Positions 48,940 to 57,403 of a DNA stretch of 64,000 bases are shown in pieces (position 1 is the first letter of the stretch; the number at the start of each line of letters is the position of its first letter). Made by a program: the position numbers and the translations under genes. The notes beneath the pieces were generated by a model. That model made no database searches, was not told the origin of the DNA, and saw nothing but the letters and a program-made list of their open reading frames with translations. The stretch is from an uncultured Bacillota bacterium (GTDB lineage Bacteria; Bacillota; Limnochordia; Limnochordales; ZCTH02-B6), in NCBI GenBank assembly GCA_937916565.1, contig CALFSR010000021.1:122-64121 (forward strand), written 5' to 3'.

Positions 48940-49461
48940 ATGCGCGATCAGTGGTGGCTGGCTCTTCTGTTGGTAGCGGGTGCCGTAATGGTGGTGGCCG
49001 GCCTCGGCGCAACGGGCGGCGCCCCGAATGCTCCGGGTTCTGAACCCCCTGATTACCCCGGGATGGAGCCAAGCGGCAGCCCGGCCCACTCGCAGGCGCG
49101 GGTGCATCTTGGGGTCGCCGCCCAGGAGCTGGAACTCGACGGCCGTTCGGGTTATGTGATGAGCCTCGGTGTAATGGCGTCGGGGGACGACGATGCGGTG
49201 TTGACGTTCCGCAGCGGCCAGATGTGGGACTTCGTGGTGACGCAGGCCGGCCGCGAGGTGTGGCGCTGGTCGTGGGGCCGCGTCTTTCCCGCCACCGTCA
49301 CCGAGCACGTGTTCCGTCCCGGGAAACTCGCCGTCTTCACGGCCACGTGGGACGGCCGGGACCCGACGGGCGCGCCCGTCTCCGGGGCCGTAGAGGTCCG
49401 GGCTGTGCTGACGGCTGACCCCCCGCTGGAAACCGACCCGGTCGTGCTGCACCTGCCCTAG
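48940..49461 (+). CDS. membrane/signal-anchored BsuPI-like (intracellular proteinase inhibitor family) protein
   Basis: LTFRSGQMWDFVVTQAGREVWRWSWGRVFPATVTEHVFRPGKLAVFTATW follows the BsuPI pattern F.F.TGQ.F.L.V.D...W.YS....F.Q......L..GE......W. N-terminal hydrophobic helix WWLALLLVAGAVMVVAG. SD AAGGGGTG, 6 nt, then ATG at 48940. The track start GTG at 48922 overlaps the protease stop. Confidence 0.7.
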   Translation: MRDQWWLALLLVAGAVMVVAGLGATGGAPNAPGSEPPDYPGMEPSGSPAHSQARVHLGVAAQELELDGRSGYVMSLGVMASGDDDAVLTFRSGQMWDFVVTQAGREVWRWSWGRVFPATVTEHVFRPGKLAVFTATWDGRDPTGAPVSGAVEVRAVLTADPPLETDPVVLHLP

Positions 49462-50270
49462 CAGGAGCCTGAAGCCTGCGGCCTGGGCGGGCCGGATGAC
49501 GGCGCCTCCGGCCCGCCGAGGTCGCCCCACTCGTACAAGAGGATGGAGGCGGCGACCAAACCGGCAGTCTCCGTGCGCAACACCCGCGGCCCCAGGGTCA
49601 CCGGTTGCGCGCCGCGCGCTCGAGCCACCTCCACTTCCGCTGGGTCAAAGCCGCCCTCCGGTCCGATCGCGATGGCGACCGGCCCCGGGGAGAGCGCGCG
49701 GGCGACGGCACGCAAGCCTACGCTCGTCTCCTCCTCCCACGGGAGAAGGACACGGCCCAGGGACTCGTGCTCCGTGCGCCACAGCTCCTCCCACGATACG
49801 GGACACTCCACGACGGGAACGCGGCCGCGCCCGCACTGCTTGGCCGCCTCGTAGGCAATACGCTGCCAGCGCCGCCGGCGGGCCTGGGCCTTGGCGGCGT
49901 CCCACTCGACGACGGTGCGGGACGTGAACACAGGGACAATGCGTCCCACGCCTACCTCCACGGCCTTTTGAACGATGAGATCCATCTTCTCGCCTTTGGG
50001 AACGCCTTGCAGGAGCGTCACCGTGAGAGGCGGCTCGCCCCGGGAAGGGCGGCGCTGCACGACGTGGGCCACGGTGCGGGACGGGTGCACCGCCACCAGA
50101 ACGGCCTCGTAGTCTGAGCCCCGGCCGTCGCAAAGGACGATGCGCTCGCCTGCCCGCAGGCGCAGCACGCGCGCGACGTGTTGCGCGTCGGTTTCCAAAA
50201 GGTCCACGGCGTCGCCGGCGGCGAGCTCCGGCACCCCCGCCGGGTCATCCGTCACGAAGAAGCGGTGCAT
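49458..50270 (-). CDS. rsmE: 16S rRNA (uracil1498-N3)-methyltransferase RsmE
   Basis: MHRFFV N-terminus, PUA-like domain and SPOUT C-terminus (IGPEGGF...LGPRVLRTETA). Start ATG at 50270; the ORF-track extension overlaps prmA. Confidence 0.9.
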   Translation of the reverse strand: MHRFFVTDDPAGVPELAAGDAVDLLETDAQHVARVLRLRAGERIVLCDGRGSDYEAVLVAVHPSRTVAHVVQRRPSRGEPPLTVTLLQGVPKGEKMDLIVQKAVEVGVGRIVPVFTSRTVVEWDAAKAQARRRRWQRIAYEAAKQCGRGRVPVVECPVSWEELWRTEHESLGRVLLPWEEETSVGLRAVARALSPGPVAIAIGPEGGFDPAEVEVARARGAQPVTLGPRVLRTETAGLVAASILLYEWGDLGGPEAPSSGPPRPQASGSC

Positions 50271-51142
50271 CCGTTGTCCCGCGCCGCCAACAGGCAGCGC
50301 CATTCGCCGCGCGCCCGCTCGTCCAAGAGAGTGAACCCGGCGGCCGCAAGACGGGTGCGCACGCTTTCGCTGGCGTGGTCGATGATACCGCTCGCGACCA
50401 GCGTCCCACCGGGCACGAGCAGGCTGTGGAGGTCCACCGCCATTTCCGCGATGACGTCCGCCAAAATGTTGGCTACAACGACTTGGGCACGCCGGCCCGC
50501 CAGGAGCGCCCGGGCCGAACCCGCGCTGCCGGCGGCCACCCACACCCGGTCATCCACCCCGTTGCGCCGGCAGTTTTGCCTTGCGGCCTCCACGGCCTGC
50601 GGGTCGATGTCCACCGCCACCACGGAGCCCGCGCCCAGCAGGGCGGCCGCGATAGCCAGGATCCCCGAGCCCGTGCCGACGTCCACGACGGTCACGCCGG
50701 GCGCGACGACTTCCTCCAGGGCTTCCAGGCACAGGGCGGTGGTCGGGTGGTAGCCGGTGCCAAAGGCCATGCCCGGATCGAGCTCGATGACATGCCGGTC
50801 GGTCCGTGGCACCTCCACCCACGCCGGTTTCACCAGCAACCGCCTGCCGATGGGCAACGGTTTGTAATGGCGCTTCCAGCTCTCCGCCCAGTCTTCATCC
50901 TGCACCCATTCGATGGAAACCCGCGCGTCTCCGGCCGAAAGGCCGTAGCGGCCAAGGTCCCGCACCTGCCGCTCAAGTTGTGCCGCGGACAGCTCGGCTT
51001 GCTCGGGCAAGTAAGCGATGACGGTGCGCGCCGGTCCGGCGCCCTCGAGCATCACCCCTTGGGCACCCACGGCCAGGAGGATCTGCGTAATCGCTTCCTC
51101 GCACTCCGCGGCCGCCTGGACCGCGACCTTCATCCACCGCAT
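50252..51142 (-). CDS. prmA: ribosomal protein L11 methyltransferase
   Basis: FGTGxHPTT and VDVGTGSGILAIAA SAM motifs. SD GGGAGGA, 8 nt, then ATG. Confidence 0.93.
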   Translation of the reverse strand: MRWMKVAVQAAAECEEAITQILLAVGAQGVMLEGAGPARTVIAYLPEQAELSAAQLERQVRDLGRYGLSAGDARVSIEWVQDEDWAESWKRHYKPLPIGRRLLVKPAWVEVPRTDRHVIELDPGMAFGTGYHPTTALCLEALEEVVAPGVTVVDVGTGSGILAIAAALLGAGSVVAVDIDPQAVEAARQNCRRNGVDDRVWVAAGSAGSARALLAGRRAQVVVANILADVIAEMAVDLHSLLVPGGTLVASGIIDHASESVRTRLAAAGFTLLDERARGEWRCLLAARDNGCTASS

Positions 51143-51205
51143 CTTTTTATCCTCCCAGCCCTCTCGCCGGCGCCCGCCAAGGCATCCGCGCCCCGGCGCC
51201 GGGAA

Positions 51206-52408
51206 CTACCGCTCCCGGCGCCGGCGGCCGAACTTGTCCCGCATCCAGTCACCTAGGCCGCGGCCCTCCTGGGACGCCTCGCCGCCTGTCTCCTTGTGCG
51301 CGGCCGCCGTCGCGTCCTGTGCCTGTTCAAACTCCCGCAAGAGCTCCTTCTGGCGCTCGGTGAGGCGGCGAGGAATCTCCACCTTGATCCGGACGATCTC
51401 GTCGCCGCGCCCGTACCCTCCGACCCGCGGTATCCCTTTGCCCGGCAGGCGAAACTCCGCTCCGGGCTGCGTGCCCGGGCGGATCGTCAGCTTGTGGGTG
51501 CCTTCCAAGGTCGGCACCTCGATCTCCGCCCCAAGGGCGGCCTGGACAAAGCTGATGGGCACCTCGCACAACACGTCGGCTCCGTCCCGAACGAACACCG
51601 GGTGCGGCCGCACCCGCACGTACAGGTACAGGTCGCCCGGCGGCCCGCCCCGCTGGCCCGCGTGACCTTCGCCGCTCAGGCGGATGCGGGTGCCGTTGTC
51701 CACTCCGGCCGGAACCTTGACGCTGATGCGCCGCTGCCGCTGAACGTGGCCTTGGCCGCGGCATTCACGGCACGGCGTAGCCGCCCACCGGCCCTCGCCC
51801 CCGCAGCGGGAGCACACCGTTACATTGACGAACTGGCCAAAGGCGGTGCGGCGCACGTGGCGTACTTCGCCCGTGCCCTGGCAGTCGGGGCACGTTTGAA
51901 TGGGCGTGCCGGGCTCGGCACCGGTCCCGCTGCAGTGACCGCATAGTTCTACCCGCGGGATGCTCACCGTCTTTTCGGCGCCGAAGGCGGCCTCGTGAAA
52001 CTCCACCTCGAGCTCGGCCTGCATGTCCTGGCCCCGAACCGGGCCCCGCGAACGTTGCCTCCGCCCGCCGGTAAATACGCCAAACAGGTCAAACAGGTCA
52101 CCAAAGGGATCAAAGCCGCCCTCGCCGAACGGCCCAAAGGGGCCGAAGCCGCCCGGGCCCGGACCGGCGCCGTTCGCGCCGCCGAAGGCATCGTGACCGA
52201 AGCGGTCGTACTGCTCCCGTGTCTTGGGGTCGCTCAGGACGCGGTACGCTTCATTAATCTCCTTGAACTTTTCTTCGGCCTGCGGGTCGTCTTTGTTGAC
52301 GTCGGGGTGGTACTGGCGCGCGAGCTTGCGATAGGCGCGCTTGATGTCCTCCGCCGACGCGTCGCGCCCGACCCCTAGAACCTCATAGTAGTCCCGCTTT
52401 GTCGCCAA
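51206..52408 (-). CDS. dnaJ: molecular chaperone DnaJ
   Basis: J domain (DYYEVLGV...HPD), G/F region and four CxxCxGxG zinc motifs. Confidence 0.97.
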   Translation of the reverse strand: MATKRDYYEVLGVGRDASAEDIKRAYRKLARQYHPDVNKDDPQAEEKFKEINEAYRVLSDPKTREQYDRFGHDAFGGANGAGPGPGGFGPFGPFGEGGFDPFGDLFDLFGVFTGGRRQRSRGPVRGQDMQAELEVEFHEAAFGAEKTVSIPRVELCGHCSGTGAEPGTPIQTCPDCQGTGEVRHVRRTAFGQFVNVTVCSRCGGEGRWAATPCRECRGQGHVQRQRRISVKVPAGVDNGTRIRLSGEGHAGQRGGPPGDLYLYVRVRPHPVFVRDGADVLCEVPISFVQAALGAEIEVPTLEGTHKLTIRPGTQPGAEFRLPGKGIPRVGGYGRGDEIVRIKVEIPRRLTERQKELLREFEQAQDATAAAHKETGGEASQEGRGLGDWMRDKFGRRRRER

Positions 52409-52444
52409 TCACTACACCGCCCTCGTGCCCCGGGGCCTAAGGCT

Positions 52445-52475
52445 GAAAGAGGGCGGCGGGTTTGCCCCGCCGCTC
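52445..52475 (-). terminator. hairpin between dnaK and dnaJ (possible attenuating terminator)
   Basis: Minus strand GCGGCGGG-GCAAA-CCCGCCGC followed by CCTCTTTC. Confidence 0.4.
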
Positions 52476-52476
52476 C

Positions 52477-54312
52477 TCAGCCGTTGACCGTGTACTCGCC
52501 TTCGACCGTCGGGCCGCCTTGGCCGCTGCCGCCCGGAGCGCTCCCGCCGCCCGAGCCCGGAGCCGAATCGCCCGCCGGGCCGGCTGCCTGGTATGCGCGG
52601 GTCGTCACGTCGTGCAGCGCCTTGCTCAAGGCGTCCAAGCCGTCCTTGATGGCCTGGGCGTCGCTGCCGTCAAGGGCCGCCTGCAAGCGCTTTTTGGCCT
52701 GCTCGATGTTGTCCCGTTCTTGCGCCGTCACCTTGTCGCCGAAGTCCTTGAGGGTCCGGTCGACGCTGTAGATAAGGCTGTCGGCCTGGTTGCGCAGCTC
52801 GGCCAGCTCCTTGCGCTTGCGGTCCTCCTCCGCGTACTTTTCCGCCTCCTGGACCATGCGGCTTATGTCCGCGGAGGTCAGGCCGGTGGAGGCGGTCAGC
52901 GTCACCTGCTGGGACCGGCCCGTCGCCAGGTCCTTGGCGGACACTTTGACGATGCCGTTAACGTCGATGTCGAAGCTGACCTCGATCTGGGGAATGCCCC
53001 GGGGCGCCGGCGGGATGCCGTCAAGGCGGAAGCGTCCGAGGGTAACGTTGTCCGCCGCCATGGGCCGTTCGCCCTGGAGAACGTGGATTTCGACCGAAGT
53101 CTGGTTGTCGGCCGCGGTTGTAAAGACCTGCTTGGCGGACGTCGGGATCGTGGTATTGCGCTCGATTAGCTTGGTGAACACCCCGCCCAAGGTTTCGATG
53201 CCCAGGGAAAGCGGGGTGACGTCCAGCAGCACCAGGCTCTTCATCTCGCCGGCGAGCACCGCCGCCTGGATCGCGGCGCCGACCGCGACGCATTCGTCGG
53301 GATTGATGCCCTTGTGGGGCTCCTTGCCGATGAGACGCCGGATGGCCTCTTGGACCGCCGGGATCCGGGTGGACCCGCCCACGAGGATGACCTTGTCAAT
53401 CTGGTGCGGCTCAAGCCCCGCGTCCTTGAGCGCTTGACGCGTCGGCCCCATGGTCGCCTCTACCAAGTCCCGGGTCAGTTCTTCAAACTTGGCCCGGGTC
53501 AAGGTGACGTCGATGTGCAGCGGTCCCTGCGGCCCCATGGAGATAAACGGCAGGCTGATATTGGTGGTCGTGACGCCCGATAGCTCGATCTTCGCCTTTT
53601 CGGCGGCCTCCTTGAGCCGCTGCATCGCCTGGCGATCCCGGCCCAGGTCGATGCCGTGGTCCAACTTGAACTGCTCGATGAGCCACCGGATGATGCGCTC
53701 GTCAAAGTCGTCGCCGCCCAGGTGGTTGTTGCCGCTGGTCGCCTTAACCTCAAAGACGCCGTCGCCGATCTCAAGGATCGACACGTCGAAGGTCCCGCCG
53801 CCAAGGTCGAAAACGAGAATCGTCTGGTTGCCTTCCTTGTCGAGCCCGTACGCGAGGGACGCAGCCGTGGGCTCGTTGATGATACGGAGCACCTCCAAGC
53901 CCGCGATCGTGCCCGCGTCCTTGGTAGCCTGGCGCTGGGCGTCCGTGAAGTAGGCCGGAACCGTGATGACCGCCTTCGTCACAGGCTGACCCAGGTAGTT
54001 TTCGGCCTCGGCCTTGAGCTTTTGCAGGATCATGGCCGAGATCTCCTGGGGCGTGTACTCCTTGTCGTCGATCCGCACCTTGTGATTGGTGCCCATCTTG
54101 CGCTTGATGGACATGATGGTCCGATCCGGGTTGAGCACCGCCTGCCGTTTGGCGGCTTGGCCCACGAGCCGCTCGCCGTCCTTGCTGAACGCGACCACCG
54201 ACGGCGTCGTGCGACCGCCCTCGCTGTTGGGAATGACAACGGGCTCGCCGCCCTCCACCACTGCGACCACCGAGTTGGTCGTACCTAGGTCAATGCCGAT
54301 GACCTTGCTCAT
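52477..54312 (-). CDS. dnaK: molecular chaperone DnaK (Hsp70)
   Basis: [18 protein letters not shown] and [11 protein letters not shown]. 611 aa. Confidence 0.98.
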   Translation of the reverse strand: MSKVIGIDLGTTNSVVAVVEGGEPVVIPNSEGGRTTPSVVAFSKDGERLVGQAAKRQAVLNPDRTIMSIKRKMGTNHKVRIDDKEYTPQEISAMILQKLKAEAENYLGQPVTKAVITVPAYFTDAQRQATKDAGTIAGLEVLRIINEPTAASLAYGLDKEGNQTILVFDLGGGTFDVSILEIGDGVFEVKATSGNNHLGGDDFDERIIRWLIEQFKLDHGIDLGRDRQAMQRLKEAAEKAKIELSGVTTTNISLPFISMGPQGPLHIDVTLTRAKFEELTRDLVEATMGPTRQALKDAGLEPHQIDKVILVGGSTRIPAVQEAIRRLIGKEPHKGINPDECVAVGAAIQAAVLAGEMKSLVLLDVTPLSLGIETLGGVFTKLIERNTTIPTSAKQVFTTAADNQTSVEIHVLQGERPMAADNVTLGRFRLDGIPPAPRGIPQIEVSFDIDVNGIVKVSAKDLATGRSQQVTLTASTGLTSADISRMVQEAEKYAEEDRKRKELAELRNQADSLIYSVDRTLKDFGDKVTAQERDNIEQAKKRLQAALDGSDAQAIKDGLDALSKALHDVTTRAYQAAGPAGDSAPGSGGGSAPGGSGQGGPTVEGEYTVNG

Positions 54313-54345
54313 CCGTGGATTCCTCCCGTCGCTGTGTGCCGCGGC

Positions 54346-54975
54346 TCACTGCGCCGACTTGACTTTCACGAGGCTTGGGCGAAGCACCTTGCCGTGCAGC
54401 CGGTAGCCCCGGCGCAGCTCTTCCACGACGTGGCCGGGCGGCGTCCCATCGTCCGCCTCGACCTGCGCCACGGCTTCCATAAGGTTGGGGTCAAACGGCT
54501 GGCCCACCGCGTCGATGACGTCCACGCCGTGGCGAGCCAGCACATCGGCAAGCTGCTGGCGAATAAGGCGGACGCCTTGGCCCAAGGGACTCGCGGCGTC
54601 CTCGCCGGCTGCGGCCAAAGCGTGATCCAGGCTGTCCAACACGGGCAGCACGTCCGTGATAAGCCGCTCCGCAGCGGCAAGACGAAGCGAATCCATTTCC
54701 TGCCGGGTGCGGCGCCGGTAGTTGTCGAACTCCGCCAGGAGACGCACGTACTGGTCCGACAACTCCCGCTCCCGGGTTTCAAGGGCGGCGACGCGTTCCC
54801 GAAGTAGGGTCACGTCCGCAGCCGGCTCCATCGCCGGACCGTCCAGGACGGCCGCCGGCTCCGCTTCTCCCCCCGTCCCCGCGCCGCCGGCCCCTTGCGA
54901 TGGCGCCCCGGCATCCGTACCGCCCTGCACCTCCGGCGCCGGCTCTGCTGTCGATCCATCCTTGTTGCGCGGCAA
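54346..54975 (-). CDS. grpE: nucleotide exchange factor GrpE
   Basis: Coiled-coil then the GrpE core (RLLAEFDNYRRR...FDPNLMEAV). SD AAGGGGAG then TTG. Confidence 0.93.
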   Translation of the reverse strand: MPRNKDGSTAEPAPEVQGGTDAGAPSQGAGGAGTGGEAEPAAVLDGPAMEPAADVTLLRERVAALETRERELSDQYVRLLAEFDNYRRRTRQEMDSLRLAAAERLITDVLPVLDSLDHALAAAGEDAASPLGQGVRLIRQQLADVLARHGVDVIDAVGQPFDPNLMEAVAQVEADDGTPPGHVVEELRRGYRLHGKVLRPSLVKVKSAQ

Positions 54976-55039
54976 CGGCCTCGACTCCCCTTAACAAAGA
55001 AAAGTCCCTCGCGGCGCACACGCCTCAAGGGCCCTGCCC

Positions 55040-55069
55040 ATTATAATGGCCGCGGCGCGGCCGTGTCCA
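55040..55069 (-). promoter_or_regulatory. candidate internal sigma-A promoter for grpE-dnaK-dnaJ
   Basis: Minus strand TGGACA, 18 nt, TATAAT, in the hrcA-grpE spacer. Confidence 0.45.
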
Positions 55070-55091
55070 CGCCGGCAACGCCGGCGCGTGC

Positions 55092-56123
55092 TCAGCCGCG
55101 CACAAGACCCAGCAAGGCTTCGCTCAAATGGTCGGCCACGTATTGGACCATGCCCACCGCCTTGGAATAGTCCATGCGGGTCGGTCCTAAAACCCCGATG
55201 GCACCGATCACCTCATCGCCGAGCCGGTATGCGGCCGACACGACGCTGCATTCCCGCAAGGCGACCACCGGGTTTTCCTGGCCGATGATGACGGTCGTCC
55301 CGCTGGTGCGGGCCGCCATACTCAGCACCTGGTTGAGGATCTCCCGGGCCTCCAAAAGGGCCAGCAGCGAGCGGGCCCGTTCGATGTCCCGGAACTCGGG
55401 TTGGTTAAGGATGTTGAGAGTGCCCTCGAGATACACTTTATCGGACTGCCGGTCCCCCAGGGATCCCGTCAGCAGGTCCGCAACCGCATCGTACAGCTCC
55501 CCTTGTCCTGTCTCCTCCCGCAGACCTGCCAGCAGATCGCGGCCGATGTCGCCGTAGCGCAGCCCGATCAACCGCCGGTTAAGCCGCTCGGCAGCCGCGT
55601 CGCACTGCTCCTGGCTCACCGGGCAGCCGACCTCCACGATGCGATGCTGTACGAAACCGGGATCCGCCACGACAACGGCTACGATGCGGGTTTCATCGAG
55701 CGCGATGAGGTCCAGCCGGCGGAAGACGCTGGCCTCCAACCTCGGGGCGGCCACCACCGACGCGTATTGGGTTGCCCGGGCTAAAAGCCGCGCCGCCTCG
55801 TGCACCATCTCCTCCATCGCGCGGCGGACGGCGACGACTTCCCGGTAGACAGCGGAGCGCTCGGCCGGACCTGGTTCCCAGCGCACCATCAGTTCGTCGA
55901 CGTAGTACCGGTAGCCTTTGTCCGACGGGATGCGGCCCGCTGAGGTGTGCGGCTGATGCAGGTAGCCTTCTTCCTCGAGGTCGGCCATCTCGTTGCGGAT
56001 AGTCGCCGGGCTGACGCCCAGGTTGTACTTCCGGGCCAAGTTGCGGGACCCGACGGGCTCGGCCGTTTGAATGTAATCGTCGGTCAACGCCTGCAGCACC
56101 CTTCGCTTGCGTTCGTCCAGCAC
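55092..56123 (-). CDS. hrcA: heat-inducible transcription repressor HrcA
   Basis: LDERKRRVLQALTDDYIQTAEPVGSRNL winged-helix N-terminus. SD GGAGG, 8 nt, then GTG at 56123; the track start is 56132. Confidence 0.93.
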   Translation of the reverse strand: MLDERKRRVLQALTDDYIQTAEPVGSRNLARKYNLGVSPATIRNEMADLEEEGYLHQPHTSAGRIPSDKGYRYYVDELMVRWEPGPAERSAVYREVVAVRRAMEEMVHEAARLLARATQYASVVAAPRLEASVFRRLDLIALDETRIVAVVVADPGFVQHRIVEVGCPVSQEQCDAAAERLNRRLIGLRYGDIGRDLLAGLREETGQGELYDAVADLLTGSLGDRQSDKVYLEGTLNILNQPEFRDIERARSLLALLEAREILNQVLSMAARTSGTTVIIGQENPVVALRECSVVSAAYRLGDEVIGAIGVLGPTRMDYSKAVGMVQYVADHLSEALLGLVRG

Positions 56124-56141
56124 GCGCTCCACCTCCTTCCC

Positions 56142-56168
56142 TTAGCACTCCTCGCCGGAGAGTGCTAA
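56142..56168. promoter_or_regulatory. CIRCE operator (HrcA binding site)
   Basis: Perfect TTAGCACTC-N9-GAGTGCTAA, immediately upstream of hrcA. Confidence 0.92.
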
Positions 56169-56180
56169 CTCTTCCCCTCC

Positions 56181-56210
56181 AACATAGCACCGGGCCGGAA
56201 GTGTTGTCAA
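56181..56210 (-). promoter_or_regulatory. sigma-A promoter of the hrcA operon
   Basis: Minus strand TTGACA, 18 nt, TG-C-TATGTT, 12 nt upstream of CIRCE. Confidence 0.5.
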
Positions 56211-56226
56211 TCTTCACGGATTCCCG

Positions 56227-56255
56227 TTGACACCGTCCGGAGCGCCCGGTAGGCT
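56227..56255 (+). promoter_or_regulatory. candidate sigma-A promoter of pyrD (leaderless geometry)
   Basis: TTGACA, 17 nt, TAGGCT, then 7 nt to the ATG at 56263. No SD is present. Confidence 0.4.
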
Positions 56256-56262
56256 GTTTGCG

Positions 56263-57375
56263 ATGGACGCCTACTCCTTCATCCGACCGCTGCTTTTGGC
56301 CATGGACCCTGAGCGGGCTCACCGTTTGGCCATGAAGCTCTTGGCCGCGGCCAGCCGGCGGCCGCTCCTGTCGGGCAGCCTCGCGGCAAAAGTGCGGGTC
56401 GCGGCTCCCCGGCTTGCGACAGACGCCTTTGGACTGCGGTTTCCCAACTGCGTGGGCCTCGCGGCCGGGTTTGACAAGGACGGCGAGGCTTTGCCCGCCC
56501 TCGCGGCCATCGGCTTCGGGTTTCTCGAGGCGGGTACGGTGACTCCTCGCCCGCAGCCGGGAAACCCTCCCGTGCGGCTCTGGCGCGTGCCCGATCAGCG
56601 GGCGCTCATCAACCGCATGGGATTCAACAACGGCGGCGCCGCGGCGCTCACGGCACGCCTTTCGGCCGACCGCCCCCTCCTGCCCGTTCCCGTGGGCGTG
56701 AACATCGGCAAAAACCGGGACACCCCCGCGGAGCGGGCAGCCGACGACTACGTCCGCTGCCTCGAGATGGTCTACCCGGTCGCCGACTTTGTGGTCGTCA
56801 ACGTCAGTTCCCCCAACACGCCCGGCCTGCGCGCTCTCCAGGACGCGGCCGCCCTGGATGAGCTGCTCGCCGCGGTAGCTGCGGCGCGCCGGCGCCTGGC
56901 CGCGGCACCTGGAAGTGGGCCGCGGCCGCTGTTGGTGAAAATCTCACCCGATCTCGGGCCGGCCGAGCTCGATGCCGTTATCGAGGCCGCCGTGCGCCGG
57001 GGGGTGGACGGCATCGTCGCCACCAACACGACCGTTCGCCGTCCGGGCCTGGCCGGTCCGGCGGCAGCGCGGCCGGGGGGCCTGAGCGGCGCTCCCCTCC
57101 TCCACCTTTCCAACCGGGTCGTCGCCGCCGTACACCGGCGCACCGGCGGGCGGCTGCCCGTCATCGGCGTCGGCGGTATCATGTCGGCGCAAGATGCTTA
57201 TGCCAAAATCAAGGCGGGGGCATCGCTGGTGCAAGTGTACACCGGGTTCGTGTACGGCGGACCGGGGTTCGTAGGGCGGCTTGTCCGGGAACTCGACGTC
57301 CTGCTGGCACGAGACGGTTTCCAACACGTGAAGGAGGCCGTCGGGGTCGAAGCAGGCCGCTGGCCCGAACCGTAG
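56263..57375 (+). CDS. pyrD: dihydroorotate dehydrogenase, class 2 (quinone-dependent) type
   Basis: N-terminus MDAYSFIRPLLLAMDPERAHRL parallels E. coli PyrD ([21 protein letters not shown]). Also GFNNxG, NxSSPNTPGLR and GVGGI motifs. Confidence 0.9.
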   Translation: MDAYSFIRPLLLAMDPERAHRLAMKLLAAASRRPLLSGSLAAKVRVAAPRLATDAFGLRFPNCVGLAAGFDKDGEALPALAAIGFGFLEAGTVTPRPQPGNPPVRLWRVPDQRALINRMGFNNGGAAALTARLSADRPLLPVPVGVNIGKNRDTPAERAADDYVRCLEMVYPVADFVVVNVSSPNTPGLRALQDAAALDELLAAVAAARRRLAAAPGSGPRPLLVKISPDLGPAELDAVIEAAVRRGVDGIVATNTTVRRPGLAGPAAARPGGLSGAPLLHLSNRVVAAVHRRTGGRLPVIGVGGIMSAQDAYAKIKAGASLVQVYTGFVYGGPGFVGRLVRELDVLLARDGFQHVKEAVGVEAGRWPEP

Positions 57376-57403
57376 CCGCGCTGGCTTCCTTCGGGGCCGC
57401 GGC

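Noticed and set aside
46700-49072. 790-aa minus-strand ORF
   Set aside because: It is antisense to the lipoprotein, S8 protease and inhibitor genes, which have clear catalytic motifs. The translation has no motifs and a GC-artefact composition.
54976-55091. Second CIRCE element upstream of grpE/dnaK
   Set aside because: No TTAGCACTC/GAGTGCTAA arms are present. Only a promoter-like TGGACA/TATAAT and a short GC hairpin were found.
57376-57403. Bidirectional terminator between convergent pyrD and hemW
   Set aside because: Only a 6-bp GCCGCG/CGCGGC stem with a long loop is present, and there are no T tracts on either strand. This is not convincing.
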